Shown: positions 54,160 through 62,547 of the stretch, piece after piece
Layout: the number at the start of each line of letters is the position of its first letter
Numbering within the stretch: the stretch's first letter is position 1
Assembly: GCA_964547875.1 (NCBI GenBank)
Contig: CAZJPE010000001.1
Coordinates: 176,703 to 240,702 of the forward strand
Source of the DNA: Candidatus Woesearchaeota archaeon
GTDB taxonomy: Archaea > Nanobdellota > Nanobdellia > Pacearchaeales > GW2011-AR1
Direction: 5' to 3'
Length of the DNA stretch: 64,000 nucleotides
Position numbers and translations under genes: made by a program
Notes under the pieces: model-generated
Told to the model about the DNA's origin: nothing
The model's database searches: none
What the model saw: the letters and a program-made list of their open reading frames with translations, nothing else

Positions 54160-54650
54160 TCTTGCCGACCCCACAAAACCCCGAAGATACTTTTGAGCCC
54201 ACCTGCGTGGATACGCAAAATTCTTAGAATTTTTGGGACGCTGCGCTCTCATTTCATTCGCCCTCGCCTAATAGACATTTACAGGAAAATGCCTCAGCTC
54301 GGCATTTTGCCCAAATTTGCATTTTTCAAGATAGTTCGCTTTGCTCAAAATAATATTGCAAACTTCTCTAAATCGCATACGTTTGCAGTAACTTTAATAC
54401 AATAATGAGCAAACAATTTTGGTTAATTTCTGGTTTTAGACTCATCTGTGATTTCCCTTTTTCGTAAGAAAAAGGCATCAACCTGAACAATTCGGATACT
54501 CTCCTTCATTTTCAGCCAAAAAGGCTTTACTTCAACCGAAAGGAGATTTGAAGAATTGTTTTTATATAAACCCTTAGAGAGGAGGCCCAATCTTATTAAC
54601 TAGATAGATTGAACGTCCTCTCCCGGGCAAAAAGAGGTGATAATATTTAA
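54160..54650. ncRNA. Candidate structured noncoding RNA locus (class unknown)
   Basis: At least nine perfect or near-perfect stems of 6-8 bp within about 450 nt. The strongest are 54296-54318, 54350-54357/54416-54423, 54367-54397, 54466-54485 (GTAA loop), 54540-54563 and 54581-54637. There are local GC-rich patches, no credible ORF, and a promoter motif at 54672-54687 (-) aimed into the locus. Confidence 0.4.
54174..54281 (-). repeat. Repeat element copy Y (same three blocks as X, inverted orientation, with insertions)
   Basis: Minus-strand blocks: TTAGGCGA (54281-54274), GTGGGCTC (54212-54205), GGGGTCGGC (54182-54174). Order and orientation match X. Confidence 0.6.
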
Positions 54651-54671
54651 TGCATATTGAAGTATTTAAAT

Positions 54672-54687
54672 CTTTCGTTTTGTTGTA
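54672..54687 (-). promoter_or_regulatory. Consensus promoter motif (cgaaagatttaaatac on minus strand) with no protein-coding ORF downstream
   Basis: Full match to the motif used by protein genes. The predicted start is near 54650, reading leftwards. Confidence 0.45.
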
Positions 54688-54756
54688 ACTTCTTAATAAG
54701 CACATTAACTTTTTACATCTTTTGCATTGTGTTTTGATTATACGAACTTCGTAGCT

Positions 54757-54772
54757 AAAAGCATATAAATAG
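54757..54772 (+). promoter_or_regulatory. Promoter motif aaaagcatataaatag
   Basis: ATG of scpA (54791) lies about 24 nt downstream. Confidence 0.4.
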
Positions 54773-54790
54773 CTTTTTATTATAGATTTT

Positions 54791-55639
54791 ATGGATAAAA
54801 ATAGCGAGAGCATTCAGCATAAAAATTTGAGCCAGAGAATAGGACAGGAGCAGATTCACGGCTTGCTTTTTAGCGACAAATTGAGCTGGCAGTCTATAAT
54901 TTATGATTTAATTAACACTGAACAGCTGGATCCGTGGGACGTTGATATCTGCTTATTGGCAAATAAGTATTTAGAGAAGATAAAAGAACTTGAAGAGGCG
55001 AATTTTTTTATGTCCAGCAAAGTTTTATTGGCTGCTTCTTTGCTGTTGAGAATTAAATCAGAGATTTTATTGAATTATTATATTCCTGGCTTGGACGATA
55101 TATTATTTGGCAAGGAAGAGAAGAAGAATTATGTGCAGGAAAGAATTGAATTAGACGACGAGATTCCTGAATTAATTCCAAGAACGCCCTTGCCAAGAGT
55201 AAGAAAAGTGACATTGCATGAATTGATGAGTGCTTTGGGAAAGGCTATTAAGACAGAGACAAGAAGAATTAAAAGGATTGTTGTTGACAGGCAGAGGGAA
55301 TTTGATACTATGGCGGTAATTCCAAGAAAAAGCATTGACTTAAAGGCGCAGATAATAGTTTTATATAAGAAATTAAAAGACTATTTTTTAAAAAATAAAG
55401 ATGAAAAAATAGCTTTTTCAAGTTTTTGCGATAAGAAAGGCAAGGAGAAGATATTTCATTTTTTACCTTTATTGTATTTGGACAATCAGCATAGGATTTT
55501 GCTTGAGCAGGAAAATCATTTTGACGAGATTTGGATATGGCTGAAACACATACATGACAAAAAGCACGCTGATATTTTAGAGGCTGCGAGGAGAGAGGTT
55601 GAGGAAGCGATGAATAGGGAAGATGTTGAAGGAGAATAA
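54791..55639 (+). CDS. scpA: Segregation and condensation protein A (kleisin)
   Basis: LDPWDVDICLLANKYLEKIKELEEANFFMSSKVLLAASLLLRIKSE. Confidence 0.85.
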   Translation: MDKNSESIQHKNLSQRIGQEQIHGLLFSDKLSWQSIIYDLINTEQLDPWDVDICLLANKYLEKIKELEEANFFMSSKVLLAASLLLRIKSEILLNYYIPGLDDILFGKEEKKNYVQERIELDDEIPELIPRTPLPRVRKVTLHELMSALGKAIKTETRRIKRIVVDRQREFDTMAVIPRKSIDLKAQIIVLYKKLKDYFLKNKDEKIAFSSFCDKKGKEKIFHFLPLLYLDNQHRILLEQENHFDEIWIWLKHIHDKKHADILEAARREVEEAMNREDVEGE

Positions 55640-57005
55640 AAAAGAAGATGAGAAATTAGCTATAAATGACGCTTTAAATTTGGCTGTAAAATATCATAAA
55701 GAGGGAAGACTAAAGCAGGCAGAAATTCTTTATAGAAAAATTTTAGTTGAAGATTCTAATAATGCTGACGCGATGCATTTATTGGGCGTGATTGTGCATC
55801 AACTAGGCAAACATGAAGAGGCTATTGCGTATATTAGCAAGGCTATCAAATTAAATCCAAATAATGCTATTTATTATAATAATTTGGCAATGGTTTATGA
55901 TTCCTTAAATAGAGAAGAAGAATCTACTAAAAATTTTAAAAGAGCATTAGAAATTGATTCTAATCATACAAATGCTCACCTTGCATATTATAATTTAGGC
56001 GTTTGTTATGCTGATAAAGGTGATATCACAAGTGCGCTTGAATATTATGATAAAGCAATAGAGCTCAATAGGAATTTTTATGACGCACGCTGGAATAGAG
56101 GGCTATTATTGCTTACCTCAGGAAGATTTGAAGAGGGTTGGAGAGAATATGAATGTAGATTTAAAAAGAAAAGTCCAACTGATTCCAGGGTTTTTGACAA
56201 GCCGCAATGGGATGGCTCTTCCCTTAAAGGCAGAAGAATTTTAATTCTTTCAGAACAGGGTCTCGGAGATAGTATTCAGTTTATGCGATACATCCCCTTA
56301 GTTAAAGATAAAGTAGGCTATGTTATTTATGAATGTAAAAAAGAGCTGAGAAGATTGTTTGATGACTTCCCAGGAATTGACGAAATTGTAGAAAAAGAAA
56401 AAAATACGATTCCCAATGTAAAATTTGATACATATACTTATCTTATGAGTTTACCAGGAATATTTAATACGAGTTTAGATAATATTCCGAATAAAATTCC
56501 TTATTTGAAAGCTAATCCTGGACTTGCGAAAAATTTTAAACTAGAATTTAATAATGATAACTTTAAAGTTGGGATAGTTTGGGCAGGAAATCCTGAACAA
56601 GATAATGATAAGAATAGGTCAACAACATTTGAGAAATTCAAGGCTCTAAAAAATATTCAGGGAATACAATTATATTCCTTGCAAAAAGGCGAGGCTGAAA
56701 AACAATTAGATGATTCTGCAATAATTAATATGGCTGATAAAATAAATGATTTTGCTGATACTGCCGCCATTATCGAGAATTTAGATCTAGTTATTTCAGT
56801 AGACACTTCAGTAGCTCATTTAGCCGGGGCAATGGGTAAACCTGTATGGACTTTATTGACATTTATGCCAGATTGGCGTTGGTTATTAGACAGAAACGAC
56901 AGTCCTTGGTATCCAAATATGAAATTGTTTAGACAACAAAAATTAGGAGATTGGGATTCTATGTTTGATGAAGTTAGTGAGGAATTGGCTAATTTAGTTA
57001 AATGA
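55623..57005 (+). CDS. TPR-repeat protein fused to glycosyltransferase family 9-like domain
   Basis: N-terminal TPRs (AEILYRKIL...AMHLLGVI...). C-terminal ILILSEQGLGDSIQFMRY...VGIVWAGN...ISVDTSVAHLAGAMGKPVW. Confidence 0.75.
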   Translation: MLKENKKEDEKLAINDALNLAVKYHKEGRLKQAEILYRKILVEDSNNADAMHLLGVIVHQLGKHEEAIAYISKAIKLNPNNAIYYNNLAMVYDSLNREEESTKNFKRALEIDSNHTNAHLAYYNLGVCYADKGDITSALEYYDKAIELNRNFYDARWNRGLLLLTSGRFEEGWREYECRFKKKSPTDSRVFDKPQWDGSSLKGRRILILSEQGLGDSIQFMRYIPLVKDKVGYVIYECKKELRRLFDDFPGIDEIVEKEKNTIPNVKFDTYTYLMSLPGIFNTSLDNIPNKIPYLKANPGLAKNFKLEFNNDNFKVGIVWAGNPEQDNDKNRSTTFEKFKALKNIQGIQLYSLQKGEAEKQLDDSAIINMADKINDFADTAAIIENLDLVISVDTSVAHLAGAMGKPVWTLLTFMPDWRWLLDRNDSPWYPNMKLFRQQKLGDWDSMFDEVSEELANLVK

Positions 57006-57010
57006 TATTA

Positions 57011-57775
57011 TTAGTTGAAACTCTTTAAATATCGTGCGACCCTTGAGGCAATACCTCTTTTTGAATATATAAAATCTCTATTAGCAGTGTAAACCATTAA
57101 GTCTTTAGGAATAACTCCCTTTCTATATGGTAGCATATTTCTCATTTGTCTTACATAACCACATTGTTTCCAAAATAAATTAAAATCTACACTATCATTT
57201 CCTACATGAAAACAATCTGATTCTATTCCAGGCCATTGTGAAAGACCGATATAAACACCCTTTACATTAACCCCATTTGATCTTAAATAATTAGTCACTG
57301 TTCTTAATGTTCTTCCACTAACAAAATCTATATCTGTTAATAATACACTCTGACTTTTTTGCAATTGCCTTAAATCAGATGTATCTATTTCTGGCTGATC
57401 CATTTTTCTTTTATAATGAGAAAAATCTATGTTAAATATGGGCAAGCCTATCATTTCAAAAATTTTGGCAAAAGGGACGCCAGCTTCTTTAATACCAACA
57501 ACAGCATCATAATCTCTACTTAAACTAATCGCACTGTCAGCATGAGCTAAAAGAGGTGTGTCAAGATATCTTTGCCAATCATTACCATATGTCCAATTAG
57601 AAAGAAGATATGCTTCAACCTCTATCATTTTCCCATCTGGACTTAATCTTCCTCTCTCTAAAACATCCTCTAAATTTCCGTCATAGTTTATAGCGTCCTT
57701 TGTAAGTTCAGGATTCTGAATAGGAGAATGAGGTTCTACTATAAGGGCCTGTTGTAAACATAATTGCATTAACAT
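57011..57775 (-). CDS. Phosphoribosyltransferase-like protein (divergent)
   Basis: YDAVVGIKEAGVPFAKIF...SVLLTDIDFVSGRTLRTVTNYL resembles a PRPP loop. Confidence 0.5.
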   Translation of the reverse strand: MLMQLCLQQALIVEPHSPIQNPELTKDAINYDGNLEDVLERGRLSPDGKMIEVEAYLLSNWTYGNDWQRYLDTPLLAHADSAISLSRDYDAVVGIKEAGVPFAKIFEMIGLPIFNIDFSHYKRKMDQPEIDTSDLRQLQKSQSVLLTDIDFVSGRTLRTVTNYLRSNGVNVKGVYIGLSQWPGIESDCFHVGNDSVDFNLFWKQCGYVRQMRNMLPYRKGVIPKDLMVYTANRDFIYSKRGIASRVARYLKSFN

Positions 57776-57956
57776 GTTTGTATTGTCTATACTTAGTTTA
57801 TAAATCTTTCTATTTAGTATAACTAATTAATAGTAACAAAGCAAAAATTTAAATAAGGTTTATTCTGTCTAAGAATATGGAAAATGGAATGCCACCTGCT
57901 CGAGAAGAATATAAAATTGAAGAATTAGCTAAATTAAGAGAAATGCTTATTAGAAA

Positions 57957-59057
57957 ATGAAAAAAATAGTTCTATCAACAGATATTGGAACAGATGGGGA
58001 TGATGCACTTGCACTTGACATATGTATGAATCATTCTGAAATAGAAATTAAGGGAATTTATGTGACAAATGGGATTGTTGAAACGCGAGCTAAATTAGCA
58101 AAAAGCATAGTTGATAAAGCAAAATTTAAAACACAAGTTGCGACAGGCAGTGAGTATCCATTATCTGGCCACCCCAACCCATTTGTTTTAGAATATGAAG
58201 AATATGCAATTCCTAAAAAATATAAAGATAAATCACTTGAGGAATTATCAATTAGAAGAAATGGAGTAGAATCTCTTGCAGAAAAAGTCTCCGAGGGGAA
58301 TATTATTATCGCGAGTATTGCTCCTTTAACAACCATAGCAGAAGCATTAGAAAAATATCCTAATCAATTAAAAAAAGTTAAAGAGGTTTATATTATGGGC
58401 GGAAGAGAGGGAGAATATGAACATAACTTCAAATTTGATCCAGAAGCAATTAAAATTATATTAAAATCACATCTTCCAATAATTATTGTTCCAGCTGACA
58501 TATGTGACAAATTAAGATTAAGAAAAGACAAACTAGGAAAATTAATATCTTCTTATGGAAAGATGGTTTATGATTCAATAAGACCTAAATTAGCACATGA
58601 TACCACATTCAATTATAATGAAGCTTTAGTATCAAAACAAATGGATAACAATTCAATAGAATGTTATATTAATTTAATGTTGCAATCGAATAGATTCCCA
58701 TTTCATATATCAGAGTCATTTAGGATGCTTACTGACAATAAAATAGCAATGAAAAAACCGGATGAATATTTTTTGAATATGGCGGTATTAAAACATATGA
58801 TAGAGACTACACCTGAAATAAAATTTAGAAAAGATATTTTAGATTTTTTAAATAATCACCAAATAGAAAAAATTTCTGTGCATGATGTCTATACAATTTA
58901 TTCTATTATACATCCTGAAAAAACCAAAATAGAACATTGTAAGATTGAAGTGGATAATGAAGGAAGAATGACAAAAAATAAAGGGTCTAAACATAAAATT
59001 ATAACTAATTTAGACTATGAACATTTTGAAAAATTCATAGATCAATATTTATATTGA
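57957..59057 (+). CDS. Inosine-uridine-preferring nucleoside hydrolase family protein
   Basis: KKIVLSTDIGTDGDDALALDICMN (DxDxxxDD fingerprint). Confidence 0.8.
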   Translation: MKKIVLSTDIGTDGDDALALDICMNHSEIEIKGIYVTNGIVETRAKLAKSIVDKAKFKTQVATGSEYPLSGHPNPFVLEYEEYAIPKKYKDKSLEELSIRRNGVESLAEKVSEGNIIIASIAPLTTIAEALEKYPNQLKKVKEVYIMGGREGEYEHNFKFDPEAIKIILKSHLPIIIVPADICDKLRLRKDKLGKLISSYGKMVYDSIRPKLAHDTTFNYNEALVSKQMDNNSIECYINLMLQSNRFPFHISESFRMLTDNKIAMKKPDEYFLNMAVLKHMIETTPEIKFRKDILDFLNNHQIEKISVHDVYTIYSIIHPEKTKIEHCKIEVDNEGRMTKNKGSKHKIITNLDYEHFEKFIDQYLY

Positions 59058-59081
59058 TTATCCCAAAGTAAACTAATAATT

Positions 59082-60329
59082 TTATTTCCCAAATTTAGCG
59101 AATAATTGCTTTTCTGAAAGCAGTTTTTCCTCGCCGGAAGACATTTCTTTCAGTTTATATTTTTCTTTTTCTATCTCTGCATCGCCGAGAAATATAGCGT
59201 AAGGTATTCTCTGGGCATTTGCGAAATCTAAAGCCCTGCTTGGCTGGCCTTCTGTTATTGAGCACGAAATATTATTCTTTCTTAGTTTTTTAGCCAACTT
59301 TATTGCTTCCTCCTCTTGGTTGAAAGAGATGATTAAAACCTGTGGAATAGATTCTACCTCTAATTTCGCTATTTCTTCTTCGCATAATCCCATCAGCGCT
59401 TCAATACTGAAAGAAATTCCCACAGCCGGAATATCCCTGTTTACAAATTTTCCGACTGTTTTGTCATATCTCCCTCCTGCAACTATTGACGTTTTCTTTA
59501 AGGGAATAACAAATTCAAATACGTTTCCAGTATAGTATGAAAAGCCCCTCGCCAAGGTAAGATTTAATTTTGTCTTAACTCCATAAGTCTTGGATTTTTT
59601 AATTAATTCTTCCAGTTCATTAATGCCATCAAATGCATTATCCTTAAAAAATTCTACGCTTTTTTCCAGCAATTTGAATAGCGTTATTATTTGATTCGTA
59701 CTAGCATATCTTCTAAGATTTGCCTTTACAATGTCTGAACCTAATTTTTCTATTTTATCCAGCTCTCTCAAAACTTGCCTCTGCTCTCTTATCTCAACAC
59801 TTTCAATTATTGCGTTTAAGAGCTTTCTGTTGTTAACTTGTATTTCAAAGTTATTTATTTTCAGCTCTTTTAATATATCTGACGCAAGAGCTAGGCATTC
59901 TACATCCGCTGCTGTTGAAGAATCGCCGACAATGTCTGCGTCGCATTGTATAAACTGGCGAGTTCTTCCCTGCCTTATCGGCTCATCTCTGAAAACAGGA
60001 CCTATTTGATATCTTTTGAAAGGTGTTTTTATATTCTGGTTTTCTCTGAATATTCTCGCTAACTGAAATGTAAACTCATATCTCAATCCTAGATTCCTAC
60101 CTCCTCGGTCCTGTAGTTTAAATCGCTCCGCAACAGCATCATCTTCTTGCTCATTACTCATAGAATCAGGCTTCATTAATTCATCAAATTCTATTATTGG
60201 AGTTTCAATTGGCAAGAAGCCGTAAAGCTTGTAATATTTTTCTGCAATTTTCATTATTGCTTCTCTTTTCAGTGATTCTGGCGGCAGATAATCCTGAAAA
60301 CCTTTAACTGTGCCTACTTCTAATCTCAT
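59082..60329 (-). CDS. hisS: Histidyl-tRNA synthetase
   Basis: GFQDYLPPE, LRYEFT, KRYQIGPVFRDE, RQFIQCDADIVG, GGRYD. Confidence 0.92.
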   Translation of the reverse strand: MRLEVGTVKGFQDYLPPESLKREAIMKIAEKYYKLYGFLPIETPIIEFDELMKPDSMSNEQEDDAVAERFKLQDRGGRNLGLRYEFTFQLARIFRENQNIKTPFKRYQIGPVFRDEPIRQGRTRQFIQCDADIVGDSSTAADVECLALASDILKELKINNFEIQVNNRKLLNAIIESVEIREQRQVLRELDKIEKLGSDIVKANLRRYASTNQIITLFKLLEKSVEFFKDNAFDGINELEELIKKSKTYGVKTKLNLTLARGFSYYTGNVFEFVIPLKKTSIVAGGRYDKTVGKFVNRDIPAVGISFSIEALMGLCEEEIAKLEVESIPQVLIISFNQEEEAIKLAKKLRKNNISCSITEGQPSRALDFANAQRIPYAIFLGDAEIEKEKYKLKEMSSGEEKLLSEKQLFAKFGK

Positions 60330-60351
60330 AATTCTTGGAATGTTGGAATAT

Positions 60352-61488
60352 TTATAAATGTTCGGGCTTTCTCTGTCTTTTAATTTCTTTCATGAAGTCA
60401 AATTGCATTTGTTTTATTTCTTGCTTTATCGGAAGCGAATCCGGAGTTATGTATTTTCTTGGATTTTTGTTTCTTCCTATATAATCTAATATTAAGGATC
60501 GTCTTAAATGGACCTCTGTATTTCTTGTCATTTCGTCGCATTCTTCTTGATAAAAGCATCTTTTGCAATGATTTCCTCTAAAAGGAACTATATAATTTCT
60601 GTCGCTCATGTCTGTTTGCAATCCATTTGCAGCATTTATGTTTAGGCATAATTCTTTGTAATGAAAATTTTCCCTTTTTACTTTTATAATTGGATTCTTT
60701 TCAACTATGATATATTTTTTTTTCTCTTTATCCCATTCTGTTGGAAGGTCTGTCATAAAATATTCAAAAATTAGATTCTCTCCAATTAATTCTGGCTCTT
60801 TTATCATCGATTCAACTTGCTCTTTTGTGATTCCAAGGTATTTTCTAAATATTTCATCTCCTTGTAATAAAAAAGATACAGCAAATACATATTCTGTCGG
60901 CTGGAATGCATATTCTTGCTTATCTTCAATAAATTTCCATCTTCCTGTCTTATAATCTCTTATGATTATTTTATCTTCTTCTTTTCTTATTTCATCAATT
61001 TCTCCTGTAAAACCTCTGCTTCTATAGGAAAATCCAAATTCATAAGATGCGTGATAGACAATATTCCCGCTTTTTGTTTGATGAGTAAATATAATAGGAG
61101 GATTTTTTTCATGCTCTTCCATTAATGTAGGGTATATTCTTAATCCTATTTCCTTTATTTCTTCTTTTATTCTGTAAGGCTGTTTTTCATCTTCCCACAT
61201 AATTTTATCTCCCTTTATCTCGCCTTTTTTTATAGGGCCTTGATGCCAATCATTTGCTATAACATTAGCAAATGCTTTTGCTGACAAGTATCTTGGATTT
61301 TTTCCCATGTATTTTCTTAGATGATGCAATCTCAATTCCTCTATTTTTCTGTGCATATGTGTGCCTTTAGCTAAATCAGGCCATGTTAATTTCTTCTTAA
61401 ATTTTTTATGTAGAAATCTTCTTCTAGGACATTCAAGTTCTGATTCAAGTCCTGTTGGAGAGTAATGAATTAAGTCGTCTCTTTTCAT
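60352..61488 (-). CDS. Cas4/RecB-like PD-(D/E)xK nuclease with four-Cys cluster (stand-alone)
   Basis: ECPRRRFL near the N-terminus, GEIDEI...IIRDYKTGR, C-terminal CKRCFYQEEC. The ATG at 61488 follows track TTG 61494. Confidence 0.7.
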   Translation of the reverse strand: MKRDDLIHYSPTGLESELECPRRRFLHKKFKKKLTWPDLAKGTHMHRKIEELRLHHLRKYMGKNPRYLSAKAFANVIANDWHQGPIKKGEIKGDKIMWEDEKQPYRIKEEIKEIGLRIYPTLMEEHEKNPPIIFTHQTKSGNIVYHASYEFGFSYRSRGFTGEIDEIRKEEDKIIIRDYKTGRWKFIEDKQEYAFQPTEYVFAVSFLLQGDEIFRKYLGITKEQVESMIKEPELIGENLIFEYFMTDLPTEWDKEKKKYIIVEKNPIIKVKRENFHYKELCLNINAANGLQTDMSDRNYIVPFRGNHCKRCFYQEECDEMTRNTEVHLRRSLILDYIGRNKNPRKYITPDSLPIKQEIKQMQFDFMKEIKRQRKPEHL

Positions 61489-61556
61489 TCTCAACTTTAG
61501 AAAGTTTGTTTTTTAAAGATTATTGAGATTTGATGTTATGTTATTTGCAATTCAGA

Positions 61557-61921
61557 TCAATCATCTATTTTTATATCTAAATTAAGATTATTTATAACCT
61601 CTTTTATCTTTTCTATATTTAGTTTTCCTATTTTCATGATTATTCTTTTCCTTAAAATTGAATATATCTTTCCAGGTTAATGCTTTCTAGTTTCAGATTT
61701 CCTTCTTCCAAGTTCTGGTTATTTATTTTTATTCCGTGATATATTTCTCTCTTACTTGAAGTTAAAGCGCAACAGATTACATCCTGATTATTTTTATGAT
61801 AATTTTCGTTGGATATTATTAAAACAGGTCTTTTCTTTTCTGTTGACAAATCGGAATAAGGAAATGGTATTAAAACGATATCTCTTTGTTTAATATTCGT
61901 TCCAAACTTCATCGTCTTCAT
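61557..61921 (-). pseudogene. MazF/PemK-family toxin interrupted by a 1-nt frameshift near 61677
   Basis: QRDIVLIPFPYSDLSTEKKRPVLIIS...LKLESIN, then the frame closes (ERYIQF stop at 61652). The shifted frame continues PGKIYSILRKRIIMKIGKLNIEKIKEVINNLNLDIKIDD to the stop at 61557, which is the expected MazF C-terminus. Confidence 0.6.
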
Positions 61922-62081
61922 TATCCCATATTTCCGCCATAGATTCATCTATTACTGTAACTCTTTTTTTTCCTTGTTCTTCTAATATCCTTTCTTTTTC
62001 TTTAAGCATCTCTACATCTGCTTGAAGCTTAGCTAGTTTTATCAAAATTTCTTTAGGATTAAATTTTGTTTTTTGTTCCAT
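61890..62081 (-). CDS. Putative MazE-like antitoxin
   Basis: 63-aa acidic-tailed ORF overlapping the toxin start. The call rests on position. Confidence 0.5.
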   Translation of the reverse strand: MEQKTKFNPKEILIKLAKLQADVEMLKEKERILEEQGKKRVTVIDESMAEIWDNEDDEVWNEY

Positions 62082-62157
62082 AGTTTATTAAAAGACAAGG
62101 AATTTATAAAGATTTAGGATGGGATTTTATAGCAGATGATTAATTTAAATATTTTAA

Positions 62158-62514
62158 TTAAACAGTTATCTCTTTTTCTACTCTAATAATAGGCCTCTTA
62201 CCATATTCTGCTTCATAAAAATCTGCATATCTTTCAGCATTTCTTCTATGTTTGGGGTAAACTACTAAAGAAGAACCGTCCTCACTTTCAAATCTTCCTA
62301 TTGGACTTTCAAAAAATCCCAAACTTATTAATGGGATTTTAGAAATGCACTCTAACCTATTAACCTTATAAAAAGGATTGCTATGGCCTGTTTGATGACG
62401 ACTATATTTTAAATTTCCTCTTGTGGTAATGCCAAATGCTTTTTTTAATAATCTATTTACATTCCTAACTTGATTTACTTCGTTTCTTGTTTCATTTTCC
62501 ATAATATTTATCAC
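62158..62514 (-). CDS. Hypothetical protein
   Basis: 118-aa ORF. Confidence 0.5.
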   Translation of the reverse strand: MINIMENETRNEVNQVRNVNRLLKKAFGITTRGNLKYSRHQTGHSNPFYKVNRLECISKIPLISLGFFESPIGRFESEDGSSLVVYPKHRRNAERYADFYEAEYGKRPIIRVEKEITV

Positions 62515-62547
62515 TTTTAATAATATTTAAATTTTTTGTTTTTCAAT

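Noticed and set aside
54160-54650. Identification of the structured locus as RNase P RNA or SRP RNA
   Set aside because: I searched by eye on both strands for GAGGAAAGUCC / ACAGAA...GGCUUA (RNase P P4) and for the SRP helix-8 GGAAG..AGCA motif with a GNAR loop. Only loose resemblances turned up (GAGGACGUUC, GGAGAGUAUCC), and they sit in the wrong structural context. The class is left unassigned pending covariance-model search.
54064-54813. Track ORFs 54064-54252(-), 54193-54405(+), 54574-54813(-), and a 28-codon minus-strand ORF starting near 54510
   Set aside because: None has a promoter or SD context or a protein-like composition. All are criss-crossed by exact hairpins, and the last one overlaps the scpA start. 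I treated the region as noncoding.
60352-61488. Cas4-like nuclease as evidence of a CRISPR-Cas locus
   Set aside because: There is no CRISPR repeat array or other cas gene anywhere in the window. Stand-alone Cas4/RecB-like nucleases are common.
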